From IMG/VR virus record IMGVR_UViG_3300045988_135095: a stretch of 64,000 nt of DNA. One strand, written 5' to 3'. The DNA comes from a virus. Below are positions 35,784 through 44,529 of this stretch, piece by piece (the first letter of the stretch is position 1; every line of letters begins with the position of its first letter). Made by a program: the position numbers and the translations under genes. A model generated the notes under the pieces. That model saw nothing but the letters and a program-made list of their open reading frames with translations. It did no database searches and was not told the origin of the DNA.

Positions 35784-36347
35784 CTAAATTTTTTTGAGTG
35801 CCTTTTCTCGCCCTGCATTCAGCTGGCGGTACTCATAGAAGTCTTTGTAGTGCTCGACCTTACCGTAAAGCTTCGGGTGGTCCATCATATCGTTCAGCAT
35901 TTCTTTACTAAACTCGGTGAATCCAAAATTATAGCCACTCTCACCACCTTGTATAGCACCACTTCCATGTGTTCGAGATGGCACGTATTGATATGTGAGA
36001 CTTATTCCTCCCTCAGATGTATATTTTGCAAGCTGATAGGATAGAAACTTTCCATCCTTTCTTACTATGTAGCCATGTAACTGATTTATAGCAATAACAC
36101 GATAGCCTAGTTTCTTAATTTCCTCCAGTCTGTTTTTCATAAGCAAAGAACTCCATTCCGACACATATAAAGGCTTTCTAACGTTCACGTCGTGAAAGTT
36201 CTGAATGAACACATCAAGCTTTTCACAATCCCAATCTCTTGGATAAGTTATGTTGACACATCTTCGCAAGTCTCTTTTGTAATTAATCAGGACGAAAGTT
36301 TCTGTCTTAGACTCATACTTTCTTTTTAGCTTAACCTCTAACTCCAT
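35784..36347 (-). CDS. hypothetical protein
   Basis: Track ORF, 187 aa. Confidence 0.45.
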   Translation of the reverse strand: MELEVKLKRKYESKTETFVLINYKRDLRRCVNITYPRDWDCEKLDVFIQNFHDVNVRKPLYVSEWSSLLMKNRLEEIKKLGYRVIAINQLHGYIVRKDGKFLSYQLAKYTSEGGISLTYQYVPSRTHGSGAIQGGESGYNFGFTEFSKEMLNDMMDHPKLYGKVEHYKDFYEYRQLNAGREKALKKI

Positions 36348-36349
36348 AG

Positions 36350-36505
36350 TTATTTCTTCTTGAATTTATAGTTTGGGCAGCTTCTCTTGTTTCCCATCAC
36401 AAGCAGTACCGGGAACAGCAGACCGTGCCTGCAACCATTTCCGTGCTCGTCAGCAGCCTCGCAAGAGAAGCAGCCGTAATACTCGTTAATATTTAATGCT
36501 GCCAT
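36350..36505 (-). CDS. small Cys-rich protein (51 aa)
   Basis: Manual translation MAALNINEYYGCFSCEAADEHGNGCRH... TAATG overlap with the ligase stop. Confidence 0.3.
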   Translation of the reverse strand: MAALNINEYYGCFSCEAADEHGNGCRHGLLFPVLLVMGNKRSCPNYKFKKK

Positions 36506-37299
36506 TATTCGTAATCCCTAATGTTCAACAATACTGGAAATCTCGGTACTCCAGCGTCAGAATACCCTTGATGCTGAACAGTCGCCGCCATACCTATCAA
36601 CTCGTCCTTATCGGCTAAGTATTGAGCTCTGAGTGACCTTGAACCTACCGGGCGGGCACAGAACTCGTACTCTCCACACTTCAGTTTGAATATAGCGGTA
36701 CCTGCATCATTGCCCTCCGCTTCCAAAACATCGACCACCTTGAACTCTGTCGTGTCGAACGATTTCAGCTTCATAAGGTCATTGCTTCTGCCCTCGGTAT
36801 ATGTTCCATCTGCATTTCTGATAATGGCACCCTCGTAACCGGTAGAAACGAATATCTTGTGCCATCGCTTGATGTCCTTCTCTGAATGGGCAACGAAAGT
36901 CTGCGTAAGGTACACCGGTCCGTTTGGATCAATGGAAGCAAACTCCTCCTGCAGAACTTTCCATCTGGCAGAAAAGCTTCCCGGAATCTGTGCATCGTAG
37001 ATAACCATGCGTAGCTTGTCGGTCATAGAAGAACGGCACTTGACGGCAGAGCATATCTGTTGGAAGGTCAATTCCTGATGGTTGTATATCTCCCCATCCA
37101 GAGGAAGCATACCGCGGTGTTTCTCTCCCCAAGCCTTAATCTGAGGAACATCATATTCCTTGCCACCTCTCGATGTGAGGTGAATCTCTCCGTCTTCTCC
37201 TTCATGAAGGATGCAACGAACTCCATCGTACTTAGGCTGGACGAAGCAAGGAAATTTCGTCTGTGACGGATAATATCTTGTTGCAAGCATTGGTTTCAT
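36505..37299 (-). CDS. ATP-dependent DNA ligase (minimal phage type)
   Basis: 264 aa with motif I VQPKYDGVR, EGAIIR and LMKLK. Confidence 0.85.
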   Translation of the reverse strand: MKPMLATRYYPSQTKFPCFVQPKYDGVRCILHEGEDGEIHLTSRGGKEYDVPQIKAWGEKHRGMLPLDGEIYNHQELTFQQICSAVKCRSSMTDKLRMVIYDAQIPGSFSARWKVLQEEFASIDPNGPVYLTQTFVAHSEKDIKRWHKIFVSTGYEGAIIRNADGTYTEGRSNDLMKLKSFDTTEFKVVDVLEAEGNDAGTAIFKLKCGEYEFCARPVGSRSLRAQYLADKDELIGMAATVQHQGYSDAGVPRFPVLLNIRDYE

Positions 37300-37302
37300 A
37301 CG

Positions 37303-37443
37303 CTACTTAATATCTGAGGTTATTTTAATTCTCAATGGAGTACCATTCACTCTGTGCGTGACGAAAGACTCCAGGTCCGTATAGAAGCTACTATAGCACT
37401 CTACACTAGAGCTTTCTACTTCAATGGTGATAATCTTTTTCAT
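37303..37443 (-). CDS. small hypothetical protein (46 aa)
   Basis: Manual translation MKKIITIEVESSSVECY... ATGA overlap with the upstream stop. Confidence 0.3.
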   Translation of the reverse strand: MKKIITIEVESSSVECYSSFYTDLESFVTHRVNGTPLRIKITSDIK

Positions 37444-37658
37444 AGCCATTTCCCGTATCTTCTATGAATCTCATCGTAAATGTAGGCTCCGCTCGTATGC
37501 GAAGCACTGAACATTAAGATGATGTCGTTATCTACCTTAATCTGATTTGTCCTGACAACCTTATCGTTCTTGACGTGGTCGCAATAGACCGTGTTACAGG
37601 AGTGATATAGGCGCATTGTGCGCCCATATCTGTCTGTTCCTATATTCTCTTTGTACAT
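37440..37658 (-). CDS. hypothetical protein
   Basis: Track ORF, 72 aa. Confidence 0.4.
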   Translation of the reverse strand: MYKENIGTDRYGRTMRLYHSCNTVYCDHVKNDKVVRTNQIKVDNDIILMFSASHTSGAYIYDEIHRRYGKWL

Positions 37659-37660
37659 GG

Positions 37661-37843
37661 CTAGTCCTCCAAATCTACATCAAAAGCAGCTTCAATAACA
37701 TCCTTGATGTCCTCTGTGTAACCGCAAATTCCGTTGTACTCCAGCCAATGATCCAGCAACTCCGTGTTAGTCATTTCGGCTACTTCACTCTCACTATACT
37801 CTGCCTCTTCTACGAGGTACTTCATCAAATCATTCTTATCCAT
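37661..37843 (-). CDS. small acidic hypothetical protein
   Basis: The ATG at 37843 lies 1 nt after the upstream stop. The track start at 37867 is a GTG. Confidence 0.4.
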   Translation of the reverse strand: MDKNDLMKYLVEEAEYSESEVAEMTNTELLDHWLEYNGICGYTEDIKDVIEAAFDVDLED

Positions 37844-37844
37844 A

Positions 37845-38117
37845 TTACTTGATTTTATTGATGTCACAAACTAATACATTACCTACTATAACGTCTCTGA
37901 TACCTGCAATATTCACAAGCATCGTGGCGTTCTCGTTCTGAGGAAGGTCGTAAACCTTGCCTTCCTCATTAACTACCATTACCTGCGACTTGCTGAGTCG
38001 GACCAACTCAATGTGTCCACCAACAAATCCTCTCAACTCCTCCAATGAGAAATCCGTTCCGTTGGATGGCTCCACATTCTTCTGGGCACCATCCGTGAAT
38101 ATTACTGTTGACAACAT
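37845..38117 (-). CDS. DUF3846-like protein
   Basis: LEELRGFVGGHIELVRL...VVNEEGKVYDLPQNENA resembles DUF3846 (from memory). Confidence 0.45.
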   Translation of the reverse strand: MLSTVIFTDGAQKNVEPSNGTDFSLEELRGFVGGHIELVRLSKSQVMVVNEEGKVYDLPQNENATMLVNIAGIRDVIVGNVLVCDINKIK

Positions 38118-38263
38118 AGGCTAATCATTCTCTTTGCGTTGTTAATAGAATAAGTCGGTGTCTTGCCGTCGATATAGACGTATCTCTGACCGAACATATC
38201 CTCAAAAACCTGTATAATGTGCTTCTTGTATTTAAGAAGCTTTGTTTCAAAAAGACCACTCAT
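38102..38263 (-). CDS. small hypothetical protein (53 aa)
   Basis: Manual translation MSGLFETKLLKYKKHIIQVF... AGGAGGAA SD upstream. Confidence 0.3.
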   Translation of the reverse strand: MSGLFETKLLKYKKHIIQVFEDMFGQRYVYIDGKTPTYSINNAKRMISLCCQQ

Positions 38264-38281
38264 GACAGTTCCTCCTATATA

Positions 38282-38485
38282 TTAAGCGATTTCAAACTTC
38301 TGTGTAGGATTGTTCTTCTGCAAGCGAGCAAGAACATCGTCCTGTGACTTCTCGTTTCCGAAAGCCATATACTCTGTAGGTTTTGTATCTCTCTCACCAT
38401 TTTTCTTGAATGAATAGATGAGAGCAAATTTAGAAATGTAAACTCTTCCGTTTTTTACATTCTCTTTTTCAAGTAACTGTTTCAT
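38282..38485 (-). CDS. hypothetical protein
   Basis: ATG at 38485 preceded by the TTGAACCAATTAAAAATAAAGATT leader. The track start at 38509 is a TTG inside that leader. Confidence 0.4.
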   Translation of the reverse strand: MKQLLEKENVKNGRVYISKFALIYSFKKNGERDTKPTEYMAFGNEKSQDDVLARLQKNNPTQKFEIA

Positions 38486-38525
38486 AATCTTTATTTTTAA
38501 TTGGTTCAACGTCTGTTTTTGCTAT

Positions 38526-38777
38526 TTAAGCGATGGTGGTCTCGTACAACTTCTTGGTTGCCTCGAACACCTTTTCTCCCTGGAACATTCCGCAGTCTGC
38601 ACTCTCGAAGCCCCAGTCCTCTGCGTCTCCGTCAAATATACCATATGCTGAAACTCGGAACAATGTAGGTGCAACTGAAACTACATTGATTGCCATCTTG
38701 CCAGATGCTATTCTCATAAGCTCTGAAACCTCATTAACTGTCATTTCATCAAAGCGAGCATAAACTAAATTCTTCAT
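38526..38777 (-). CDS. hypothetical protein, first gene behind cassette B
   Basis: ATG at 38777. The track start at 38810 is a TTG that translates the conserved leader. Confidence 0.4.
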   Translation of the reverse strand: MKNLVYARFDEMTVNEVSELMRIASGKMAINVVSVAPTLFRVSAYGIFDGDAEDWGFESADCGMFQGEKVFEATKKLYETTIA

Positions 38778-38919
38778 AATCTTTATAATTTTAATTGGTT
38801 CAACTTGCAAGGTAGCTCCTGTATATCCAAAAGTACTACCTTTTATCTATATGCAAAGGTACGAAAATTTTCTGATATATGCAAATATACTAACGATTAT
38901 TTTAGTTAAAAATACTAAA
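38778..38919 (-). repeat. 142-bp promoter/leader cassette, copy B
   Basis: Aligns end to end with copies A and C. Confidence 0.8.
38854..38885 (-). promoter_or_regulatory. promoter TTTG-N20-TACCTTTG (cassette B)
   Basis: Core identical to cassette A. Confidence 0.6.
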
Positions 38920-38999
38920 TTATAATGCGCTGGTAATCAAATAGTTAAGGCGCCTACTCTCACGAGCAAACGCCTAGCTAACATGGTTTTAAAAAGAAA

Positions 39000-40478
39000 T
39001 TACAAGAAACCGCCACGTCGGAGCTGTGCATCGGTAGCATTGTTAAGCCACTCCTCGCACTTCTCTATGATGCCCGTACAAGCGTCCGGCGCATCATCGT
39101 GGGCGTTATATCCTTCCTTTCTGTAGGATTTCATATCGTGGGCGAACTCCGGCCACAACTGTTCCCAATTAGAAGGGAAGACTAGTTTATTGTTTACCTC
39201 GCTGGAGCGAGTGAATATTCTAATCTGTTTGTTCTTCGATTGCGTGAACGTTACGAACTGGGTAATTCTGTTTCCGTGTTCCCTTGTTATGCGCTCGACA
39301 TTGCGGGCGTAAGAGCGTCCACCATTGTTACTTTCAACGAAACACACGTCTGTCTGATTGCGCTTAACCATATTGGCTTGCGCTGGTTCCGTGTATTCCA
39401 TCGGTCGCTTAGTGTATAGAACATCGGTAACATAGTAGCCGTCATCGTGTGCATCGAAGCATATAGAGCAAAGGAAGTCGAAACCGGTATCTGCCGAGTC
39501 TGTGTAGTTGCCAATCATTCTTGCATACCTTCTGTCCGGCAGCTCATCGTATGTTCTGAAGGCATGGTACATAAGACCTTCCATAGGGGTAGGGTTCTGC
39601 ATGTACTGTGTCTCAAATACGAACTCGCTGGCATGCTTGATTTTATACAGCTCCTCCAGCGTATGCTTCCACGGCCACAAGGCTCGCTCCTTTCCGTCCT
39701 CGTCTGTCTGTATTACCGGGAGGGAAACAACCTTCCACTCATTCGGCTCAATCTCTTGAAGGTAACCGCACAAGTCGTGCTCGTGCAACCTCTGCATGAC
39801 GATGATAATTGGCGTATGACGTGAGTTTACACGGTTACGGATGGTTGTCTCGAAACGTCTGTTGATAGACTCTCTGACGTTATCGGACAAAGCATCGTCC
39901 GGTCGTAAAGGGTCATCGATAACTATGGCTCCCGAAAAGTGACCGGGGTTGAACGTAGCCATGAACTTATCCATGTTCTTTATGTCTTCTTCGGTCCAGT
40001 CTGGCTGACCTGCACCAAAACCTGTGATCTGACCCAAGGTAGATGTAGCATACTCACCACCACCTGCCGTTGTGCTCCATTTTGATCTTGTGTTATCGTT
40101 CTTTCTGATTTTGACATTCGGAAATAGTGTTTGAAAATATGTAGAAGTTATCGTGTCCTTGACTGCCATTGAGTTGTCCTGGACGAGACTTCCGGAATAA
40201 GATATATGAAGAAACTTTGAAGCAGGGTTCAGCGCAAGACCATATGCGATAAACATCTGTGAACACAAGAGTGTCTTTCCATAACGAGGGCTGATGTTGA
40301 TAATCAGCTTGTTAGTCTTTCCCCTTATCACATCCATGAGCGCATCACATATAATCCTGTGATGTTCGCCTATTACATACTCACGTCGAGCAGTATAGGC
40401 GAACATCTTAGTAGTGAATTGCAGCAGGGACGATGCCACTAACTGCTTATGAAGAAAACGTTGTTTCTCAAAGTCCAT
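39000..40478 (-). CDS. terL: terminase large subunit
   Basis: 492 aa with Walker A ISPRYGKT, Walker B AIVIDDP and a C-terminal nuclease-like acidic motif. Preceded by a small-subunit gene. Confidence 0.85.
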   Translation of the reverse strand: MDFEKQRFLHKQLVASSLLQFTTKMFAYTARREYVIGEHHRIICDALMDVIRGKTNKLIINISPRYGKTLLCSQMFIAYGLALNPASKFLHISYSGSLVQDNSMAVKDTITSTYFQTLFPNVKIRKNDNTRSKWSTTAGGGEYATSTLGQITGFGAGQPDWTEEDIKNMDKFMATFNPGHFSGAIVIDDPLRPDDALSDNVRESINRRFETTIRNRVNSRHTPIIIVMQRLHEHDLCGYLQEIEPNEWKVVSLPVIQTDEDGKERALWPWKHTLEELYKIKHASEFVFETQYMQNPTPMEGLMYHAFRTYDELPDRRYARMIGNYTDSADTGFDFLCSICFDAHDDGYYVTDVLYTKRPMEYTEPAQANMVKRNQTDVCFVESNNGGRSYARNVERITREHGNRITQFVTFTQSKNKQIRIFTRSSEVNNKLVFPSNWEQLWPEFAHDMKSYRKEGYNAHDDAPDACTGIIEKCEEWLNNATDAQLRRGGFL

Positions 40479-41004
40479 TTATCTTCTGTAATTCTTTAAT
40501 ATCATCCAAGGACAGCTTAGGGAACTTGAAGTCCTCGCCATCCTTGCCGGTTACTTCTTGAATATGCTTATCTGCCAATCCGTTGAGCCTTGCAACAATA
40601 CTGGAATCAAACTGATGAAGCATGGCGCCATCAATTTGCTGAGCCATCACGACATTCTCAATCTGTGTTATCACCTGCTCAAAGCCTGGTCTCTTAAGAT
40701 TACCTCTCTTGAAATCCGCCCATTTCTGAACGATGCCACAGAAAGCACAAAATCCGACAAGGGTATAGGCTCTTCTGAAAACCCTTACCTCTTGTCTCAT
40801 GGAATTTGTGGATTTGCCGCTGCCGCCTGCAATGGAGTTGCTACCAGTCTTTTGCTGCCAAGGGTCATTTTCAACATCATCACAGTAAGCTACAAACTTA
40901 TCCCATAATTCCTGAGAAGACTTAATCTTGTATGGTCTTCCAACAGGATTGGGGATTCTATGTACGAAAGACTTTACTTTCGGCTGTGATGATTCATCTG
41001 TCAT
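40468..41004 (-). CDS. terS: terminase small subunit
   Basis: 178 aa. GRPYKIKSSQELWDKFVAYCD is typical of small terminase N-termini (from memory). 11-nt overlap with terL. Confidence 0.5.
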   Translation of the reverse strand: MTDESSQPKVKSFVHRIPNPVGRPYKIKSSQELWDKFVAYCDDVENDPWQQKTGSNSIAGGSGKSTNSMRQEVRVFRRAYTLVGFCAFCGIVQKWADFKRGNLKRPGFEQVITQIENVVMAQQIDGAMLHQFDSSIVARLNGLADKHIQEVTGKDGEDFKFPKLSLDDIKELQKINGL

Positions 41005-41618
41005 GGTTTCTTAACTTTTACTAGTTTACCGCAAGCGGAACAATTATACTCATAATACTCTGAAGGCTTGACCTGGATATTCTCCTCAACGCCCTTCATT
41101 TCCTCCTTGAACTTCTGGTCCTTCTGGGCTTCCGTTACGACCTTCTTAGCCGTATGGTTAGTCTCAGCCTTGGAAGGTGCGGCCGCAGGTTTCTGTTCCT
41201 TTGGCTTAGCGTTGAGTCCAAGCATACCGGCAATGCTCTCATCGAAAGCAAACTGAATGCTGTTAGGATCACCGAGATAGGAGAGCTCCTTGCGAAGCTT
41301 CTTCTCGTTCCAAGTGGCAAACTCGGACGTCTTGTCATCAGCGATTCTATACTGCTTAATCTGCTCATCAGTCAGATAGTCAACACGGATGCATGGAACC
41401 TTATCCATTCCCAATGCCTTAGCAGCCTTATACACACCGTTACCGGTTACAATCACGTTGTTCTTATCAACGGAAATAGGCTGAGTGATGCCGAAATCCT
41501 TGATGGACTGCATGATTGCCTGTACTGCCGTCTCGTCGGTCTTGTGCGAACCGTCATGAGGCACGATACTGTCAATAGGTAACTCAATTACCTTGTCATT
41601 AATCTTAATCTCTTCCAT
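41001..41618 (-). CDS. ParB N-terminal-domain protein with C-terminal CxxC tail
   Basis: 205 aa. LPIDSIVPH...ITQPISVDKNNVIVTGNGVYKAA has ParB/Srx-fold character. Ends with YNCSACGKLVKV. ATGA overlap with terS. Confidence 0.6.
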   Translation of the reverse strand: MEEIKINDKVIELPIDSIVPHDGSHKTDETAVQAIMQSIKDFGITQPISVDKNNVIVTGNGVYKAAKALGMDKVPCIRVDYLTDEQIKQYRIADDKTSEFATWNEKKLRKELSYLGDPNSIQFAFDESIAGMLGLNAKPKEQKPAAAPSKAETNHTAKKVVTEAQKDQKFKEEMKGVEENIQVKPSEYYEYNCSACGKLVKVKKP

Positions 41619-41623
41619 ACCTG

Positions 41624-42259
41624 TTAATCCTCAATTTCTATTGTTTCCATATTTCCGCAATATGGGCAAACGACCTTCATATAATGTGAACCGTCCTCGC
41701 GCTCTTTGAGAACGAACAAATCCTTGGCAGGGTCCTCCTCCTCATCATCTGAAGAAGCTTCCTCGCTTTCGCCAGCCTCTTCATTGGATGGAGCCTCGAA
41801 GTTCTCCTCATCAACCTGAGAATAGTCATCCTGGAAGCCACCATACTCTTCTGCCTGCTGATTGATGCTGTCGAGGGAGAAGTTGAGCATCTGGTTGATA
41901 TCCTCAAAGAAGAATGCCTGCATATCGGTAGGAACCTCCATGTTGCGCAATTCCTCCAAAAGCTGGTCTTCATCAAAGGAAGATTTCTCTGCCAGCTTGT
42001 TATCGAGGATGCGGTACTTCTTTGCCATTTCGTCGTCCATATCCGAGTAAACGACAGGAACGAACTCCATACCCAACTGGTAAGCGGCCACGTATCTTGT
42101 GTGACCGGCAATGATTACACCTGCCTTATCAACGAGGATAGGCTTAACGAATCCAAAACGCTTGATACTCTCCTTCGTAGGCTCAACCGCATTCGTGTTG
42201 TCACGAGGGTTGTCATAGTAAGGAAAGATTTCACTGAGCTTAACTGACTTTACTTTCAT
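41624..42259 (-). CDS. ParB N-terminal-domain protein with acidic linker and C-terminal CxxC tail
   Basis: 211 aa with FVKPILVDKAGVIIAGHTRYVAA and a SEEASSDDEEED linker. Ends with VVCPYCGNMETIEI. Confidence 0.65.
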   Translation of the reverse strand: MKVKSVKLSEIFPYYDNPRDNTNAVEPTKESIKRFGFVKPILVDKAGVIIAGHTRYVAAYQLGMEFVPVVYSDMDDEMAKKYRILDNKLAEKSSFDEDQLLEELRNMEVPTDMQAFFFEDINQMLNFSLDSINQQAEEYGGFQDDYSQVDEENFEAPSNEEAGESEEASSDDEEEDPAKDLFVLKEREDGSHYMKVVCPYCGNMETIEIED

Positions 42260-42918
42260 TTCTTATCCTCCTTCTTCTTGGCTGTCTCTCTTGCTACGCG
42301 TCTCTCGTCGACAACCTTTTCGATAGCCGCATTATACTTATAGCTCTTGAAAATCTTGGCGAAACCGGTAACATACTTAAGTTTTACAAGCTCTTTCTGC
42401 TCCAGACCTACCTTTTCGCAAATCTCACGCTCAGATACACCATCTCTGAGCATATTGAAGACGATGTTTACCATTCCATCTACAGAGTGACTTCCACGGG
42501 CACGATTATGTCTTACGGTTGATGCCATACGCTGGTCGATGTCCTTGTCTAGAACTACGATAGGCAGCTTTCCGCCACATCGCTCATTGATGTCCGCAAA
42601 CTTGCGAATAACGAGGTTTCTGTGGAAACCGTCGATGATTACATACTTCTGCAGCTTCTCGTCCCAAATGGTAACGATAGGCATAGTGTAACCGTCTTCC
42701 CTCACGGATGTATAGAGAAGACGCATTTCCTTATCTGCCACATGGTTAGGGTTGTAGTTGTTGGCTACAACCATATCCTTGTCAACCCAAAGCACGCAAT
42801 CTACAGGGTTGACTTTCTCTGGAGATAAGGAACTGATATACTTTCTGAGGTCGTTCAAAAACTGCACCTTATCCTTGGCAGCATCAAACTCCTTCTTGAT
42901 GTTCTCTTGAAGATTCAT
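42256..42918 (-). CDS. IbrB-like ParB/sulfiredoxin-fold protein
   Basis: 220 aa with NYNPNHV, IIDGFHR and RHNRARG motifs. ATGA overlap downstream and a 35-nt overlap with the PP-loop gene. Confidence 0.65.
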   Translation of the reverse strand: MNLQENIKKEFDAAKDKVQFLNDLRKYISSLSPEKVNPVDCVLWVDKDMVVANNYNPNHVADKEMRLLYTSVREDGYTMPIVTIWDEKLQKYVIIDGFHRNLVIRKFADINERCGGKLPIVVLDKDIDQRMASTVRHNRARGSHSVDGMVNIVFNMLRDGVSEREICEKVGLEQKELVKLKYVTGFAKIFKSYKYNAAIEKVVDERRVARETAKKKEDKK

Positions 42919-44077
42919 ATTCCTTATTAGCTTTTTCTATTTTAACATAATTGTCGCTCAAATACTGACGCAAAGAACGCTCTACGCTCTGAATGCGCTT
43001 CATTCCGAAATCTTCCGCAATGACGCAGACAGCGCTGGTATAACCAATCTGATGTATTACGTAATCAATACACTCCTGGCAATGCCCGGCTTTAGCTACA
43101 TTCCTCTTCTTGGCAGAACGGTAGCCTTTCTTGATAGTCTCCGCATTCTTCTTGTCTTCACAAAGATTGTCTGCGAGATAATCAACGTATTCATCCCAAT
43201 CCTTGAAATAAGGTGGCAAATTGTAGCAGTATGTTGCTATTTCGTTAAATACGTGTACAGACGTATTGACGTTTGCAACTCTTCGTACCAACTTGTCGTA
43301 GAACCATGGATCCACTTCCTTAATGAAACCTAAGTCGTGGATAGCCTGCTCATGGATGAGGGAACTTACTCGGCACGCTCTGAGTGGCTTCTGCGTGAAC
43401 TGATAGTTATAAAGCTTACAGTACGGAAGCTTGTTGCTGAAGATGTAATACCATACATCATAAACCTTCCAATCCCAAATAGGGTAGAGCACCAGACTTC
43501 TCGGTGTGCCGTCTTTATAATATCCGCCACCACCTCCCCACGTAATACCTGGAAGGCACTCACCTCTAGTAAGACCCGACAATCGTGCCGGCGACTCCTC
43601 GATACGGACACCACCTAAAGTTAGGTAGTCTTTGCCGAAGAGCATTCTGTGTACCTGATCAAGGGTCTTGGAGAAATACTGATTGTGCGGAATCTCCAAA
43701 TCACCATATGAATCTGGTTCCTTCTCACGAATCCACTTTTCTCCTGGCCCCCATACATTGAACCATTCTCCCTTTGAGGCATTCCATTCCTGGAAGTATG
43801 ACTGAATCCAATACGGCTCAACCCACGGCAAGTGCATGATGTATCGTATGTACTCGATAGTCATTGGAGTCTCTGCCTCTTGGTCTAGGAAGAGGACGGG
43901 AATCTTTTCAATTCCCATCTCCTTCATAACCTCGTGCGCAAGGTTGAGAACCACGGTAGAGTCCTTTCCTCCCGACATCGTCACGACAATCTTACGCTTA
44001 CCATAAAACTCCCGAAAGATGTATCTGAATCTTTCAAGAGCTGCCTCATAAACGTTTTTGTCACTGTAAAATATCAT
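42884..44077 (-). CDS. PAPS-reductase-type PP-loop ATPase (IbrA/DndC-like)
   Basis: 397 aa with PP-loop VVTMSGGKDSTVVL and a long C-terminal extension, as in IbrA-size proteins. Confidence 0.75.
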   Translation of the reverse strand: MIFYSDKNVYEAALERFRYIFREFYGKRKIVVTMSGGKDSTVVLNLAHEVMKEMGIEKIPVLFLDQEAETPMTIEYIRYIMHLPWVEPYWIQSYFQEWNASKGEWFNVWGPGEKWIREKEPDSYGDLEIPHNQYFSKTLDQVHRMLFGKDYLTLGGVRIEESPARLSGLTRGECLPGITWGGGGGYYKDGTPRSLVLYPIWDWKVYDVWYYIFSNKLPYCKLYNYQFTQKPLRACRVSSLIHEQAIHDLGFIKEVDPWFYDKLVRRVANVNTSVHVFNEIATYCYNLPPYFKDWDEYVDYLADNLCEDKKNAETIKKGYRSAKKRNVAKAGHCQECIDYVIHQIGYTSAVCVIAEDFGMKRIQSVERSLRQYLSDNYVKIEKANKEYESSREHQEGV

Positions 44078-44529
44078 TTCTTTCTATTGTTTAATAATAC
44101 CTTGTCGCTGGAATTACTGAAATGGGTGTCAAGGTAATTCTTAAGCCTACCCATCATTTCATTATTGTTGTGGCCGCGAGCGGCATTGTGCATGATTGTT
44201 GCATATCTCAACTTCTCTTCGTCGAAGTCAACGAAGCATACAGGAACCATCTCATATCCGATGACGCAGGCGGCGCGGTATCTGTTCTCTCCGTCAACAA
44301 TCTGCATCGTCGAGCGGTTGACAACGATAGGCTGAGTAAATCCGAAATAGAGCAACGATTTGATGAGAAGGTCGAAGCTGTCTGCATCATGCGTGTTAGG
44401 GTTATAGTCATTCGGATAAATGTCATCAACCTTGACGTATTCAATATGCAACGGCTTCACCTGCTCAACCTCGATATTGTCCTTTGCCAATTTCAAGGCT
44501 AGATTTTCCTTAGAGTTTTTTGTATTCAT
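44074..44529 (-). CDS. short IbrB-like ParB/sulfiredoxin-fold protein
   Basis: 151 aa with DYNPNTH, IVDGENRY and HNAARG motifs. ATGA overlap with the PP-loop gene. Confidence 0.6.
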   Translation of the reverse strand: MNTKNSKENLALKLAKDNIEVEQVKPLHIEYVKVDDIYPNDYNPNTHDADSFDLLIKSLLYFGFTQPIVVNRSTMQIVDGENRYRAACVIGYEMVPVCFVDFDEEKLRYATIMHNAARGHNNNEMMGRLKNYLDTHFSNSSDKVLLNNRKK

